Of a DNA stretch of 64,000 bases, positions 63,796 to 64,000 are shown in pieces. Position 1 is the stretch's first letter. Every line of letters starts with the position of its first letter. The notes beneath the pieces were generated by a model. The model ran no database searches and was not told where the DNA came from. It saw only the letters and a program-made list of their open reading frames with translations. The DNA comes from Nitrospirota bacterium (GTDB lineage Bacteria > Nitrospirota > Nitrospiria > Nitrospirales > Nitrospiraceae), in contig CAVPBK010000004.1 in the NCBI GenBank assembly GCA_963701855.1, forward strand, positions 192,001 to 256,000. The letters run 5' to 3'. The position numbers were made by a program, and so were the translations under genes.

Positions 63796-64000
63796 GCCGG
63801 GAAGTCTGCCATAAGCGGTTTGGTTTACTGTCATGTGGACACAGCTTTCATAAAGGATTGGTGTTGCGCGCCGAAAAGGATGCCACGCCACCATCTCAGC
63901 CATGAAGCCATTGATGAACTCGGATTTCGCTTCATAGTTAGTCGCCCATGGAATTCATGAAAAATCACCACTACACACAGTGCATGGCACAGGAGTTAAC

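Overview
Bacterial chromosome window, probably from a Nitrospira-like organism (inferred from recalled gene content and repeat style, not from a search). It has two halves. (1) About 1-25.9 kb is intact core genome: a partial secreted HEXXH protein, a UvrD/PcrA helicase, glgP, two HEAT-repeat genes, a hemE-hemH-hemY operon, mazG, an NtrY/NtrX-type two-component pair, purM-purN and tRNA-Ala(CGC). Its intergenic spaces hold a modular family of short structured repeats. These have CAGG(A/C/G)TGC..AAAAA terminal inverted repeats, often dock at CTAG stop codons, and carry hairpin modules whose stems covary around fixed cores and that nest inside one another. (2) From about 25.9 kb to the end is an accessory region built up at the tRNA-Ala 3' end. 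It contains two more att-like copies of the tRNA end, a probable serine-recombinase remnant, an Fn3-repeat secreted protein, a GT4-MFS-BON-MFS-amylo-1,6-glucosidase operon, IS3/IS30 debris, pseudogenes, and a stand-alone RxxxxH (HEPN-like) gene. It ends with a co-oriented cassette glgP2-glgX-HAD-xfp-P-type H+-ATPase-ppk2-zwf-pgi downstream of an RND pair, several members of which are frameshifted. The best candidates for an undescribed system are the nested covarying repeat family, the tRNA att array with a position-conserved palindrome, and the glycogen/phosphoketolase/polyP/proton-pump cassette. All alignments were done by eye; no CRISPR array or rRNA gene was seen.
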